From assembly GCA_965217585.1 (NCBI GenBank), contig OZ244561.1:4192001-4256000 (forward strand): a stretch of 64,000 nucleotides of DNA, in the 5' to 3' direction. Both the position numbers and the translations under genes were made by a program. This document shows, piece by piece, positions 1-11,525 of the stretch (position 1 is the stretch's first letter; each line of letters starts with the position of its first letter). The notes under the pieces were generated by a model. It did no database searches. It had not been told where the DNA came from and saw nothing but the letters and a program-made list of their open reading frames with translations. The stretch is from Candidatus Latescibacterota bacterium (GTDB taxonomy: Bacteria; Latescibacterota; UBA2968; UBA8231).

Positions 1-5
1 CCGCC

Positions 6-1292
6 ATGACTAAGCGCGTTGCTTCCCACGTGTGGTCGCCTTTTACCCAGATGAAGGCGGCGCTGCCGGTGCAGCAGGTGCGCGCTGGCCGCGGGGCTGT
101 GCTAGAGCTGGAGGATGGGCGGCAGATCCTCGACTGCATTTCGAGCTGGTGGGTGACCTTGCATGGCCACGGACAGCCCGAGGTCGCCGCGGCTGTGGCC
201 GAGCAGGCCAAAGAGCTGGAGCAGGTAATAGCGGCTGGATTTACTCATCGCCCCGCCGAAGAACTGGCCCGGCGGTTGGTGGATGCCTTGCCCGCGCCGC
301 TAAAGTGGGTCTTCTACTCAGACGACGGCTCGACGGCCGTGGAAGTTGCGCTCAAGCTGGCCTATCAGTTTTGGCACAACCAGGGCCAGCGAGATCGCAC
401 GCGCTTTCTGCGCTTGGAGGGGGCCTATCACGGCGACACACTCGGGGCGATGTCGGTGGGGGAACGCTCGCTTTTTACGCGCCCTTTTGCCGACTTGCTC
501 TTTCCGACGGACGCCGTGCCCTTTCCGGCCACTTGGGAGGGCGATGGGGAAGTAGAGGTCAAAGAGGCGCGGGCACTCGCGCGGCTGGAGGAACTGTTGG
601 CACGCCGGCCTGGCCAGTATGCGGCCATGATACTCGAGCCGCTGGTGCAGGGCGCTGGGGGCATGCGGATGTGCCGCCCGCATTTTCTCGCGGCCGTGCA
701 GGCACTTTTGCGCCAATGCGACGTGTTGGCCATCTACGACGAGGTGCTGACCGGATTTGGGCGCACCGGAGCGCTCTTCGCCTGTGAGAAAGCCGCGACC
801 CAACCCGACATCATCTGCTTGGCCAAGGGGCTGACCGGCGGCTTTTTACCCATGGCGGTCACCGTCTGCAGCGAGCGGGTTTTCTCGGCTTTCTACCACG
901 ACGACCCCGCTAAAGCCTTCTATCACGGGCACTCCTATACGGCCAATCCCCTGGGATGTGCGGCCTCGCTGGCCTCGCTGGATCTGCTCGCTAGCGAGCC
1001 TTTCCGCCGTCTAGCGGATTGGCAGCGCGAGGAAATGGTGCGTCTGTGCAGCCACCCGCGGCTCAAGCGGGTGCGGGTGTGCGGTACGATTGTGGCTGCG
1101 GACGTGGTAGTCGAGGGCGAGGAAGGATACCTGCACGAGGCAGGGCCGCTGCTGAGAGAGCACTTTTTGGCGCGGGGATTCCTGTTGCGGCCCTTGGGTA
1201 ATAGCGTGTACGTGCTGCCGCCCTACTGCATTGAGCGGTCGCAGCTAGCCTCGGTCTACGACTGCTTCTGCGAGCTGATCGACGCGCTCTGA
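6..1292 (+). CDS. bioA: adenosylmethionine-8-amino-7-oxononanoate aminotransferase
   Basis: HVWSPFTQM, SSWWVTLHGH, YHGDT, DEVLTGFGRTG, PLP lysine in AKGLTGG, HGHSYTANPL; adjacent to bioB. Confidence 0.96.
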   Translation: MTKRVASHVWSPFTQMKAALPVQQVRAGRGAVLELEDGRQILDCISSWWVTLHGHGQPEVAAAVAEQAKELEQVIAAGFTHRPAEELARRLVDALPAPLKWVFYSDDGSTAVEVALKLAYQFWHNQGQRDRTRFLRLEGAYHGDTLGAMSVGERSLFTRPFADLLFPTDAVPFPATWEGDGEVEVKEARALARLEELLARRPGQYAAMILEPLVQGAGGMRMCRPHFLAAVQALLRQCDVLAIYDEVLTGFGRTGALFACEKAATQPDIICLAKGLTGGFLPMAVTVCSERVFSAFYHDDPAKAFYHGHSYTANPLGCAASLASLDLLASEPFRRLADWQREEMVRLCSHPRLKRVRVCGTIVAADVVVEGEEGYLHEAGPLLREHFLARGFLLRPLGNSVYVLPPYCIERSQLASVYDCFCELIDAL

Positions 1293-2249
1293 AGCGCCTT
1301 GCGGCGGCCGCGCTTCTAGGTCGAGCAGGTCGAAGAGGGCTTGGTCGGCGTCGGTGCCGGGGTGGGGCGTAGTCAACAGGCGGTCGCCCGAGAAGATGGA
1401 ATTGGCCCCGGCCAAAAAGCACAGGGCTTGTTCGGCTATCGAGAGCTGGTCGCGGCCAGCCGAGAGGCGCACCATGGCCGTGGGAAAGAGGATCCGGGCG
1501 CAGGCGATCATGCGGACGAGTTCCCACGCGGTCACCTTTTCGCGGTCGCCCAGCGGCGTCCCGGCGATAGGTACTAGGGCGTTGATCGGTATGGATTCCG
1601 GCGGCTTTGGTAGTTGCAAGAGCGCGTAGAGCAAATCGATGCGGTCTTCGTCGCTTTCGCCCATGCCCAAGATGCCGCCGCAGCAGACCGAAATCCCGGC
1701 ACGACCGACGTGGCCTAGGGTTTCGATGCGGTCGCGATAGGTGCGGGTGGAGACGATTTCGGGGTAGTAGTTTTCCCCGGTGTCCAAGTTGTGGTTGTAC
1801 GCGTGGAGGCCGGCTTCCCGCAGCCGCTGGGCTTGGTCGGCGTTGAGCATGCCCAACGTGCAGCAGACTTCCATGCCGGTGGCAGCGACCGTGCGCACCA
1901 TGTCCAATACGCGGTCGAACTCTGCGCCATCGCGGACTTGACGCCAGGCCGCGCCCATGCAGAAGCGCGTGCTACCAGCGGCCGCGGCGCGCTCAGCGGC
2001 TTCGCGCACGGCGTCTAGCGACAGCAGGTCTTGGCGTTCGAGGCCCGTATCGAAGTGGGCCGACTGCGAGCAATAGCTGCAATTTTCAGGACAGCCACCG
2101 GTCTTGATCGAAAGCAGAGTGCAGACCTGTACTTGCCGTGGATCGTGGTGTACGCGATGGACGGTCGCGGCGCGGAACACAAGGTCGAGTACGGGGCTTT
2201 TGTAGAAGGCGACGATTTCCTCGCGCGTTGCGGGCGCATTCAGGTTCAT
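1245..2249 (-). CDS. bioB: biotin synthase (radical SAM)
   Basis: LLSIKTGGCPENCSYCSQS, YNHNLDT, CCGGILGMGE, AGANSIFSGD; 3' end overlaps bioA by 48 bp. Confidence 0.97.
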   Translation of the reverse strand: MNLNAPATREEIVAFYKSPVLDLVFRAATVHRVHHDPRQVQVCTLLSIKTGGCPENCSYCSQSAHFDTGLERQDLLSLDAVREAAERAAAAGSTRFCMGAAWRQVRDGAEFDRVLDMVRTVAATGMEVCCTLGMLNADQAQRLREAGLHAYNHNLDTGENYYPEIVSTRTYRDRIETLGHVGRAGISVCCGGILGMGESDEDRIDLLYALLQLPKPPESIPINALVPIAGTPLGDREKVTAWELVRMIACARILFPTAMVRLSAGRDQLSIAEQALCFLAGANSIFSGDRLLTTPHPGTDADQALFDLLDLEARPPQGASERVDQLAEAVVDRG

Positions 2250-2522
2250 AAATCCTCGATCGGTTTGGTGGATGAGGGCCTAAAATCCGAGGTTTCACCC
2301 GGCTTGGCAAGTTCGGCGGGGTGGTCGGCCCACGGCTGCCGCGCAAATGGCTTGCTCCATCGCGTTTCTTGGCTTTTATTTTTAGGCTGTTTGCGGGAGG
2401 TGAACAGGCTAGACAGCACAGCGCGCCCGCGCTTTGATGTCTGGCCGATTGCGAGGTGCTGAAACCTCGGCTACTCTTCGGCGGCGAAGTGGGACTGGCT
2501 GGCTTAAACTGGCCAGTTTTAG

Positions 2523-3908
<1,386 letters not shown>

Positions 3909-3917
3909 ACGCATTCA

Positions 3918-5135
3918 ATGAAGGTTTTGCGAGATCTGCTCGACCAAGCCGAGCCTCTTTTCCACAAGGGAGGGCGGCTGGAAAAGCTCTATGCCCTGTA
4001 CGAGGCAGCCGATACATTTTTATATACGCCCGGTCGCGTCACTGAGGGGCCGACGCACGTGCGCGACGGCATAGACCTCAAGCGCACCATGATCACGGTC
4101 GTCGCCGCGCTAGTGCCCTGTATCTTCATGGCCATGTGGAACACGGGCTATCAGATCAATCTGGCCATGCAGCAGATGGAGGCCACCACGACGGGCGAAT
4201 GGCGCGGGATAATCATCGACATCCTCGGCATCGGCTACAACCCCAATAACCCGCTGGCCAATATATTCCACGGCTTCCTCTATTTTTTTCCAGTCTTTTT
4301 GGTGTGCAATATGGTGGGTGGTCTGTGGGAGGGACTTTTCGCGATGGTTCGCAAGCACGAGATCAACGAGGGCTTCTTGGTCACGGGCATGCTCTTTCCC
4401 TTGACCCTGCCGCCGACGATTCCCCTATGGCAGGTAGCCATCGGCATCAGTTTCGGCGTGGTGCTGGGCAAAGAGGTCTTCGGCGGCACCGGCAAGAATT
4501 TCCTCAATCCGGCGCTGACCGGGCGGGCCTTCCTCTATTTTGCGTATCCCGCCGAGATCACCGGCGACGCGGTCTGGGTCGCGGCCGACGGCTTTACGCA
4601 TGCTACCCCGTTAGGGGCTGCTGCCGCCGACGGCATGGCAGCCTTTACCGGCTCGGTAACTTGGATGCAGGCCTTCTTGGGCGCGATCCCCGGGTCCATG
4701 GGCGAAACATCGACCCTAGCCTGCCTGATCGGCGCAGCCATCCTCATAGCAACTAGGGTCGGCTCTTGGCAAATCATCGCCAGCATGACGGCGGCCACGG
4801 TCGTCGGTGCCGAATTGCTGCACGCGATTGGCAGCGATACCAACCCGATGTTTGGAATGGACTCAAGCTGGCATTTGGTGCTGGGTGGATATGCCTTTGG
4901 CTGCGTCTATATGGCGACGGACCCGGTGTCGGCGACCATGACCCCGACCGGCCGCTGGGTGTATGGGGCGCTCATAGGCTTTATGACTGTGCTGATCCGC
5001 GTGATTAACCCGGCTTTCCCCGAGGGCGTAATGCTGGCCATTCTCTTTGGCAATGTCTTCGCACCCGTGATTGACCACGTGGCAATGCAAGCCAACATCA
5101 AGCGCAGGCTGGCCCGCACCGCTGTCAGCTCTTAG
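3918..5135 (+). CDS. nqrB: Na(+)-NQR subunit B
   Basis: [50 protein letters not shown]. Confidence 0.97.
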   Translation: MKVLRDLLDQAEPLFHKGGRLEKLYALYEAADTFLYTPGRVTEGPTHVRDGIDLKRTMITVVAALVPCIFMAMWNTGYQINLAMQQMEATTTGEWRGIIIDILGIGYNPNNPLANIFHGFLYFFPVFLVCNMVGGLWEGLFAMVRKHEINEGFLVTGMLFPLTLPPTIPLWQVAIGISFGVVLGKEVFGGTGKNFLNPALTGRAFLYFAYPAEITGDAVWVAADGFTHATPLGAAAADGMAAFTGSVTWMQAFLGAIPGSMGETSTLACLIGAAILIATRVGSWQIIASMTAATVVGAELLHAIGSDTNPMFGMDSSWHLVLGGYAFGCVYMATDPVSATMTPTGRWVYGALIGFMTVLIRVINPAFPEGVMLAILFGNVFAPVIDHVAMQANIKRRLARTAVSS

Positions 5136-5149
5136 GAGAGATAGACAAA

Positions 5150-5941
5150 GTGGCTAACGATTCAGTAGGTAGAACATTCGGCGTGGCGCTCGGCGTCTGC
5201 CTCGTCTGCTCGGTGCTGGTATCGGCGGCGGCAGTGTCGCTGCGGCCGACCCAAGCGGTCAACAAGGCGCTCGACAAGAAGCGCAATATCCTAATGGCCG
5301 CCGGCCTGCTGAAGTCCGGCGAGGTTGCAAGCGGCGAGCGCGTCGGGGAGTTGTACCAAAATATAAATCCCCGCGTCGTCGATTTGGCGACCGGCGAATA
5401 CGTCGATGGCGTGGACCCGGTCGCCTACGACCAGCGGCAGGCGGCCAAGGATCCAGCGCAGAGCGAGGTGGTACCGGCCGATGTGGATATCGCCAACGTC
5501 AGGCGCCGCGCGCTTCATGCCTCGGTGTACTTGGTTTCGCAGAAGGGCAAGATCAAAAAGGTCATCCTGCCCGTCCACGGGTTAGGGCTGTGGTCCACGC
5601 TCTATGGATTTGTGGCCTTAGACTCTAGGGACCTCAATACCATCCGCGGACTGGTGTACTACGAACACGCCGAGACGCCGGGTTTAGGGGGCGAGGTCGA
5701 TAATCCTAGCTGGAAGGCCCTCTGGGACGGCAAACAGGCCTTCGACGAAGGTGGCGCAGTGCGCATCGAGGTGATCAGGGGCAAGGTCGTCCCGGGACGG
5801 CCCGCAGCCCGGTATCAGGTCGATGGGCTGTCGGGTGCCACCATTACTTCGCGCGGCGTCAGGGACATGCTGCGCTACTGGCTGGGTGCGGAAGCCTTTG
5901 GGCCGTATCTGGCCAAGCTCAAAGAACGAGGAGTTAGTTAA
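5150..5941 (+). CDS. nqrC: Na(+)-NQR subunit C
   Basis: N-terminal TM helix, GLWST, ETPGLGGEV, FMN site VDGLSGATITS. Confidence 0.96.
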   Translation: MANDSVGRTFGVALGVCLVCSVLVSAAAVSLRPTQAVNKALDKKRNILMAAGLLKSGEVASGERVGELYQNINPRVVDLATGEYVDGVDPVAYDQRQAAKDPAQSEVVPADVDIANVRRRALHASVYLVSQKGKIKKVILPVHGLGLWSTLYGFVALDSRDLNTIRGLVYYEHAETPGLGGEVDNPSWKALWDGKQAFDEGGAVRIEVIRGKVVPGRPAARYQVDGLSGATITSRGVRDMLRYWLGAEAFGPYLAKLKERGVS

Positions 5942-6565
5942 ATGGCTGACAAACCGAGAGATGTCCTCTTCGGGCCGCTCTTTGACTCCAATCCCATTGC
6001 CCTGCTGAGCCTTGGTATATGCTCGGCCTTGGCGGTGACGACCAAGTTGGAGACCGCTTCTATCATGTGCTTGGCGGTCATTTTCGTGCTCTGCTGCTCC
6101 AACGTGGCCGTCAGCTTGATTCGCAATTTCATCCCGGCCAACATCCGCATTATCGTGGAGATGACGATCATCGCCTCGCTGGTCATTGTCGTCGATCAGT
6201 TCCTGCGCGCCTATGCTTTTGAGATCAGCAAGCAGCTTTCGGTCTTCGTCGGGCTGATCATTACCAACTGCATCATCATGGGGCGGGCCGAGGCTTTCGC
6301 CTTGCAGAACGGCCCTGGGCTGAGCTTTCTCGACGGCTTGGGCAACGCCTTGGGCTACAGCGTCATTCTGATGGTCGTCGGCGTGTTGCGCGAGCTATTC
6401 GGGTCGGGTTCGCTTTTTGGGGTGCAAATGTTCGCCTTGGCTGCCGAGGGGGGATGGTACGCGCCCAACGGCCTGATGCTGTTGCCGCCGAGCGCGTTTT
6501 TCATCATTGGCGTATTTATATGGGCGCTCCGAAGCTGGAAGAGCGAGCAGGTCGAGGAGGAGTAA
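5942..6565 (+). CDS. nqrD: Na(+)-NQR subunit D
   Basis: [31 protein letters not shown]. Confidence 0.97.
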   Translation: MADKPRDVLFGPLFDSNPIALLSLGICSALAVTTKLETASIMCLAVIFVLCCSNVAVSLIRNFIPANIRIIVEMTIIASLVIVVDQFLRAYAFEISKQLSVFVGLIITNCIIMGRAEAFALQNGPGLSFLDGLGNALGYSVILMVVGVLRELFGSGSLFGVQMFALAAEGGWYAPNGLMLLPPSAFFIIGVFIWALRSWKSEQVEEE

Positions 6566-6571
6566 CTGAAT

Positions 6572-7183
6572 ATGGTCGAAGCCTATCTCAGCATATTTAT
6601 GAAGTCCGTGTTCGTCGAGAACATGGCACTGGCCTTCTTTTTGGGGATGTGCACTTTTCTGGCCGTCTCCAAGGAGGTGCAGGCGGCGTTCGGGCTTGGA
6701 ATCGCCGTAATCGTGGTACAGACGGTTACCGTTCCAGCCAACAATCTAATCTACCAGTACCTGCTCAAGGAAGACGCGCTGGCGTGGGCGGGCTTGAGCG
6801 GGGTAGATCTGACCTTTGTGGGGCTGATTAGCTACATCGGCATCATTGCTGCCATGGTGCAGATCCTCGAGATGTTTCTCGACAAGTTCGTGCCGGCCCT
6901 CTATAATGCCCTCGGCATCTTCCTGCCCTTGATTACCGTCAATTGCGCGATTCTGGGCGGTTCGCTGTTCATGGTCGAGCGCGACTACAACTTCGGCGAG
7001 AGCGTGGTTTTTGGCTTTGGCTCTGGCTTCGGCTGGGCGCTGGCTATCGTCGCGTTGGCGGGCATCCGCGAAAAGATGAAGTACAGCGACGTGCCCCCAG
7101 GGCTGCGCGGCCTCGGGATCACCTTCATTACGGTGGGTCTGATGTCGTTGGCCTTTATGTCCTTTTCCGGTATTCAGCTATAA
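6572..7183 (+). CDS. nqrE: Na(+)-NQR subunit E
   Basis: [40 protein letters not shown]. Confidence 0.97.
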   Translation: MVEAYLSIFMKSVFVENMALAFFLGMCTFLAVSKEVQAAFGLGIAVIVVQTVTVPANNLIYQYLLKEDALAWAGLSGVDLTFVGLISYIGIIAAMVQILEMFLDKFVPALYNALGIFLPLITVNCAILGGSLFMVERDYNFGESVVFGFGSGFGWALAIVALAGIREKMKYSDVPPGLRGLGITFITVGLMSLAFMSFSGIQL

Positions 7184-7199
7184 AAGAAAAGAGCGTTTT

Positions 7200-8438
7200 A
7201 TGACTGAAGTTATTTCCGGCGTCGGCATGTTCACGGGTGTGGTGCTGGCCCTAGTGGCCGTAATTTTGGTCGCGCGCTCCCGGCTGGTGCCCAGCGGCAA
7301 CGTGCGGATCCTCATCAACGACGACGAGAGCAAGGCCCTCTCCGTTCCAGCCGGGGGCAAGCTGCTCAACGTGCTGGCCGACAACAGGGTCTTCGTATCT
7401 TCGGCCTGCGGCGGCGGCGGCACCTGCGCCCAGTGCAAGGTCAACATCTACGAGGGTGGTGGCGATATCTTGCAGACCGAGACCAGCCACGTTACCAAGC
7501 GCGAGGCGCGCGAGGGCGTGCGGCTCTCCTGTCAGGTCAACGTCAAGCAAGACATGAAGATCGAAGTGCCGCCCGAAGTGTTCTCGGTCAAGAAGTGGGA
7601 GTGCGAAGTCGTCTCCAACGACAACGTGGCGACCTTTATAAAGGAATTTATCGTCAAGTTCCCCGAGGGCGAAACGCTGGATTTCCAGCCCGGTGGCTTT
7701 ATCCAGATCGAAGTGCCGCCCTTCGAGTGCGACTTCAAGGACTTTGAGGGTATTGAGGAGCGCTTTCACCCCGATTGGGATCGCTTCAAGGTCTGGGATT
7801 TCAAAGCCGTCAATACCGAGCCCGTCTTCCGCGCTTATTCAATGGCCAATCACCCGGCCGAGGGCGACATCATCATGCTCAACATCCGCATCGCTACCCC
7901 GCCGCCCGACCGCGAAAAGGGTGGCTGGGAGGATGTGCCGCCCGGCATCGCCTCTTCTTATGTGTTCAGCCGCAAGCCGGGCGACATGGTGACGATCTCG
8001 GGGCCCTTCGGCGAATTTTTCATCCAGGACACCGACCGCGAGATGGTCTATATCGGCGGTGGCGCTGGCATGGCACCTTTGCGGTCGCATCTATACCACC
8101 TCTTCCACACGCTCAAGACGGGGCGCAAGGTGTCCTATTGGTACGGGGCGCGCAATCCCAACGAGGTCTTCTACGAGGACCACTTCCGCAAAATCGAAGA
8201 AGAGTTTCCCAACTTCACCTTCCACATCGCCATGTCCGAGCCGCGGCCGGAGGACAATTGGGACGGCTATGTGGGCTTTATTCACCAAGTGGTGTACGAC
8301 CATTATCTCAAGGATCACCCCGCCCCTGAAGACGTCGAATATTACCTGTGCGGCCCGCCGCTGATGCTCCGATCCGCGCTCGGGATGCTCGACGATCTAG
8401 GCATCGAAGAGGAAATGATCCGCTTCGACGAGTTTTGA
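7200..8438 (+). CDS. nqrF: Na(+)-NQR subunit F
   Basis: 2Fe-2S motif [12 protein letters not shown]...[26 protein letters not shown]. Confidence 0.97.
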   Translation: MTEVISGVGMFTGVVLALVAVILVARSRLVPSGNVRILINDDESKALSVPAGGKLLNVLADNRVFVSSACGGGGTCAQCKVNIYEGGGDILQTETSHVTKREAREGVRLSCQVNVKQDMKIEVPPEVFSVKKWECEVVSNDNVATFIKEFIVKFPEGETLDFQPGGFIQIEVPPFECDFKDFEGIEERFHPDWDRFKVWDFKAVNTEPVFRAYSMANHPAEGDIIMLNIRIATPPPDREKGGWEDVPPGIASSYVFSRKPGDMVTISGPFGEFFIQDTDREMVYIGGGAGMAPLRSHLYHLFHTLKTGRKVSYWYGARNPNEVFYEDHFRKIEEEFPNFTFHIAMSEPRPEDNWDGYVGFIHQVVYDHYLKDHPAPEDVEYYLCGPPLMLRSALGMLDDLGIEEEMIRFDEF

Positions 8439-8447
8439 GAAACGAGG

Positions 8448-8651
8448 ATGACTATGAGCACGCTTATCATCGCTTTCACCGCCTTTGGGCTGGTCATGGC
8501 GGCTATGGCCGTCGGCGTGATTTTCAGCAATCGTCGTATCCAGGGTTCGTGCGGAGGGCTGGGCACTATGCGCGATGCGTTGGGCGAGCCTATGTGCGAG
8601 TGCGGTCAGGCTCCCGGCTCGTGCGGGGATGCTGGGTCGGAGACGAGCTGA
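8448..8651 (+). CDS. nqrM: Na(+)-NQR maturation factor NqrM
   Basis: Small TM protein with MAVGV...IQGSCGGL and a Cys-rich tail, directly after nqrF. Confidence 0.85.
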   Translation: MTMSTLIIAFTAFGLVMAAMAVGVIFSNRRIQGSCGGLGTMRDALGEPMCECGQAPGSCGDAGSETS

Positions 8652-8678
8652 GCGTTTAAGCGCGGAAACACTTGTTAG

Positions 8679-8704
8679 AACGGCGGGCTGCCACCGCCGT
8701 TTTT
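8679..8704 (+). terminator. probable intrinsic terminator after the nqr operon
   Basis: AACGGCGG-7nt-CCGCCGTT followed by a T run. Confidence 0.55.
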
Positions 8705-8721
8705 CTTTGCTCGTAGAAAAT

Positions 8722-8964
8722 ATGGTCGCCAAAAAAAAGACCGGGGCATACGCGGATATTGGTTCGTATGCGAGCCTAGGGATTCAATTCGCGGCGACGA
8801 TCCTGATCTTCGTGTCTATCGGCTGGTGGCTCGACGACAAGTTTGCAACTACGCCGCTCTTTCTCTTGTTGGGCACCCTGCTCGGCGCGGGGGGTGGGTT
8901 TTACAAACTCTATAGGACGCTGATGGACTTAGATGAGCGGCGCAAGCGGGAGGACGGACGGTGA
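8722..8964 (+). CDS. AtpZ/AtpI-family ATP synthase accessory membrane protein
   Basis: LGIQFAATIL...GWWLDDKFATTP signature, two TM helices, first gene of atp cluster; start moved to ATG 8722. Confidence 0.85.
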   Translation: MVAKKKTGAYADIGSYASLGIQFAATILIFVSIGWWLDDKFATTPLFLLLGTLLGAGGGFYKLYRTLMDLDERRKREDGR

Positions 8965-9266
8965 AGTGGGACAGCATCGTCGCTGGCTTGGTGGTCGCTG
9001 GGATCAACGGTGCGCTCGCGCTGGCGGTGATTCGCTGGGGATGGGGCAAGGGCATGCAGGTCTTTATGATCGCCTTCTTCGGGGGGATGATCGCGCGGTT
9101 GATCGCCGTGGCGGTCCTCTCGGTACTGGTGCTCAAATGGGCCGAGTTCCACCCCGCGAGTTACGTCACCGCGCTAGTGGCCGCGTACTTGCTTTTTCTG
9201 GTGTTTGAAATCCTTTACGTACTCAAGCTACAAGGTCGTTCAAAGCCCCGCTCTAAAAGCCCGTGA
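8961..9266 (+). CDS. ATP synthase protein I-like membrane protein
   Basis: Small hydrophobic protein between the atpZ-like gene and atpB; GTGA overlap. Confidence 0.65.
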   Translation: MKWDSIVAGLVVAGINGALALAVIRWGWGKGMQVFMIAFFGGMIARLIAVAVLSVLVLKWAEFHPASYVTALVAAYLLFLVFEILYVLKLQGRSKPRSKSP

Positions 9267-9270
9267 GGTG

Positions 9271-9299
9271 TTGACAGAAATTTGCGGCCTAATTAATTT
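9271..9299 (+). promoter_or_regulatory. sigma70-type promoter upstream of atpB
   Basis: TTGACA-N17-TAATTT in an AT-rich spacer. Confidence 0.6.
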
Positions 9300-9358
9300 A
9301 TTTGGTTGATTACTGCGACAGATTCCCTCCTATTTTTAGATATTTCACAAGGCAGTAA

Positions 9359-10189
9359 ATGGCTGGCGATACGCAGGCGGCAGACGCCGCAAATGCGCAA
9401 GTGGACATCATAGGGCACATTCTAGATAGCCCTCATATCGAATTGCCCTTTGTCGATTTTCATCACCTGCTCGCAGGCAAAGTTTCCCTCCCTTCGCTAG
9501 AGCTTTTCGGCATCGACCTTTCCATCACTCGGCACGTAGTGATTATGTGGGTGGCGAGCATCCTGCTCATAGTGCTCATGCTCCGGGCCTTCCGCAAGCC
9601 GCGCACTGTGCCTTCGGGTCTGGCTAATTTCTTCGAAGCTATCGTCGTCTTCCTACGCGACGAGGTCGTATTGCCCATCATGGGCGAGGACGGCAAAAAG
9701 TATCTGCCTTTTTTGCTGACGCTGTTCTTTTTTATTCTGTTTTGCAATCTGCTGGGGCTAGTTCCCTACAGTGCTACAGCCACTGGTAACATCAGCGTCA
9801 CGGCGGGTCTGGCCCTGTGTTCCTTTTTGGTCATGTTAGGGGCCGGCATCGCCAACAACGGATTATTCGGCTACTGCAAGAGCCTGATCCCTTCTGGGGT
9901 GCCGCCGGTGCTGCTCATCATTTTGATTCCCGTAGAATTGATTGGTTTGTTGGTCAAGCCCTTCGCTTTGTGTGTGCGTCTTTTCGCCAATATGACCGGC
10001 GGCCACGTGGCGATTTTGGTCTTTTTGGGCTTGATCTCCATTCTGCAAAGTGAGTGGATCGCCATTGGCTCTGTGCCCTTTGCAGTGGCGATTTATATGC
10101 TCGAAATTTTCGTGGGATTCGTCCAAGCCTTTGTTTTTACCCTGCTATCGACGGTCTTTATTAGCATGGCTGCTCATCCAGACCATTAG
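9359..10189 (+). CDS. atpB: F0F1 ATP synthase subunit a
   Basis: NLLGLVP, TATGNISVT, KPFALCVRLFANMTGGH, QAFVFTLL. Confidence 0.96.
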   Translation: MAGDTQAADAANAQVDIIGHILDSPHIELPFVDFHHLLAGKVSLPSLELFGIDLSITRHVVIMWVASILLIVLMLRAFRKPRTVPSGLANFFEAIVVFLRDEVVLPIMGEDGKKYLPFLLTLFFFILFCNLLGLVPYSATATGNISVTAGLALCSFLVMLGAGIANNGLFGYCKSLIPSGVPPVLLIILIPVELIGLLVKPFALCVRLFANMTGGHVAILVFLGLISILQSEWIAIGSVPFAVAIYMLEIFVGFVQAFVFTLLSTVFISMAAHPDH

Positions 10190-10227
10190 CAGGGGTTCAC
10201 ACCGTTCACAAGAGGGAGTATTTGGCT

Positions 10228-10449
10228 ATGGAATTTGCGTATATGGGTGCCGGAATTGGCATGGGGCTTTGCGCAGTTGGCGCAGGTCTGGGCATCGGCC
10301 TTTTGGCCGGCTCGGCATTGGAGGGCATCGCCCGCCAGCCCGAAGCCGTAGGCGACATCCGCACCAATATGATCCTGGCGGCCGCTTTGGTCGAAGGCGT
10401 GGCTCTGATCGGCGAGGTGTTTTGCCTGCTGATCGTGCTGACCAAGTAG
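10228..10449 (+). CDS. atpE: F0F1 ATP synthase subunit c
   Basis: GAGLGIG, ARQPE loop, ion-binding Glu in LVEGVAL. Confidence 0.96.
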   Translation: MEFAYMGAGIGMGLCAVGAGLGIGLLAGSALEGIARQPEAVGDIRTNMILAAALVEGVALIGEVFCLLIVLTK

Positions 10450-10459
10450 TACAAGTCTT

Positions 10460-10951
10460 ATGTTACTTGATCCCCATGAGGGGCTCATAATATGGACGAT
10501 CATCACCTTTTTGGTGGTGCTGCTCGTCCTCAAAAAGTTCGCTTGGCCCCAGCTTTTGGCGTCCCTCGACGAGCGCGAGAAACGCATCAGCGATGCGCTC
10601 GCCGCGGCCGAGCAGGCGCGCCAAGAGGCCGAAGAGGTCTTACAGGAGCATCGGCAGAAGATCGCCGCCGCCGAGGAAGAGGCGCGGAAGATCGTCGCCG
10701 CGGCTCGCGAGGCCGGGGCAAACGTGCGGCAGACAATCGTCTCCCAAGCGCGGGAAGAGGCGGAGCGGATGCTCGACCAAGCGCGGACCAGTATCGAAAG
10801 CGAGAAACGCACCGCCATCGCCGAGTTGCGGCGCGAGACGGCCAATCTCGCGGTCCAAGCCGCTGGCGTGCTGATCGACGCCAATTTGGACGACGAGAAA
10901 AACCGCAGCCTCGTCGACGATTTGATCGCCAGAATTCCCGAATCCAATTGA
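10460..10951 (+). CDS. atpF: F0F1 ATP synthase subunit b
   Basis: GLIIWTIITF TM helix, KFAWP, coiled coil. Confidence 0.95.
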   Translation: MLLDPHEGLIIWTIITFLVVLLVLKKFAWPQLLASLDEREKRISDALAAAEQARQEAEEVLQEHRQKIAAAEEEARKIVAAAREAGANVRQTIVSQAREEAERMLDQARTSIESEKRTAIAELRRETANLAVQAAGVLIDANLDDEKNRSLVDDLIARIPESN

Positions 10952-10973
10952 ACGCCACCGTGCGAGCAGGACA

Positions 10974-11510
10974 ATGAACGCACCCGAAGTAGTGCGACGC
11001 TACGCGATTACGCTGTTGGAAGCCGCCGATGAAACGGGCGCGACCACGGCAGTGCAGCGCGACGTCGAGCGGCTTTTGGATACTGTGCGCCAATCCGACG
11101 AGTTGGTCGAGTTTTTGTCCAACCCCCTAGCCGATAGCCAAGCTCAAGCCAATGTTCTGCGGGAGCTTTTCAGCGGCAAGCTCGAGGTGCTGACTCTGAA
11201 TTTTCTCCGGCTCATGGCGGTCAGGGGCCGCGCCTCTATCGTCGGCGCGGCACTCGGAAATTTTCTCGATCAGGTCGCCGAGCGCGAGGGCATAATCGGC
11301 GCTGAGGTGCGCTCGGCCGTGGCGTTGAGCGAGGAGCAGTGCCAGCGCCTGCAAGCGCGCTTAGAGCACCACAGCGGTCGCAAAGTGCGCTTGGATGTCC
11401 AAGTCGATACTAGCCTGCGGGGCGGCGCGGTCGTCCGCGTCGGCGACACAGTATTCGACGGCAGTGTGAACACCTATCTAGAGCGCCTACAAGCGCGTCT
11501 GGCCGGTTAG
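10974..11510 (+). CDS. atpH: ATP synthase F1 subunit delta
   Basis: RRYA, VDTSLRGG, DGSV; operon position. Confidence 0.92.
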   Translation: MNAPEVVRRYAITLLEAADETGATTAVQRDVERLLDTVRQSDELVEFLSNPLADSQAQANVLRELFSGKLEVLTLNFLRLMAVRGRASIVGAALGNFLDQVAEREGIIGAEVRSAVALSEEQCQRLQARLEHHSGRKVRLDVQVDTSLRGGAVVRVGDTVFDGSVNTYLERLQARLAG

Positions 11511-11525
11511 TCAGCAGGAGGATCT

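Noticed and set aside
2250-2400. BirA operator upstream of bioB
   Set aside because: Only a half-site-like GGTTTCAC; no convincing spaced palindrome
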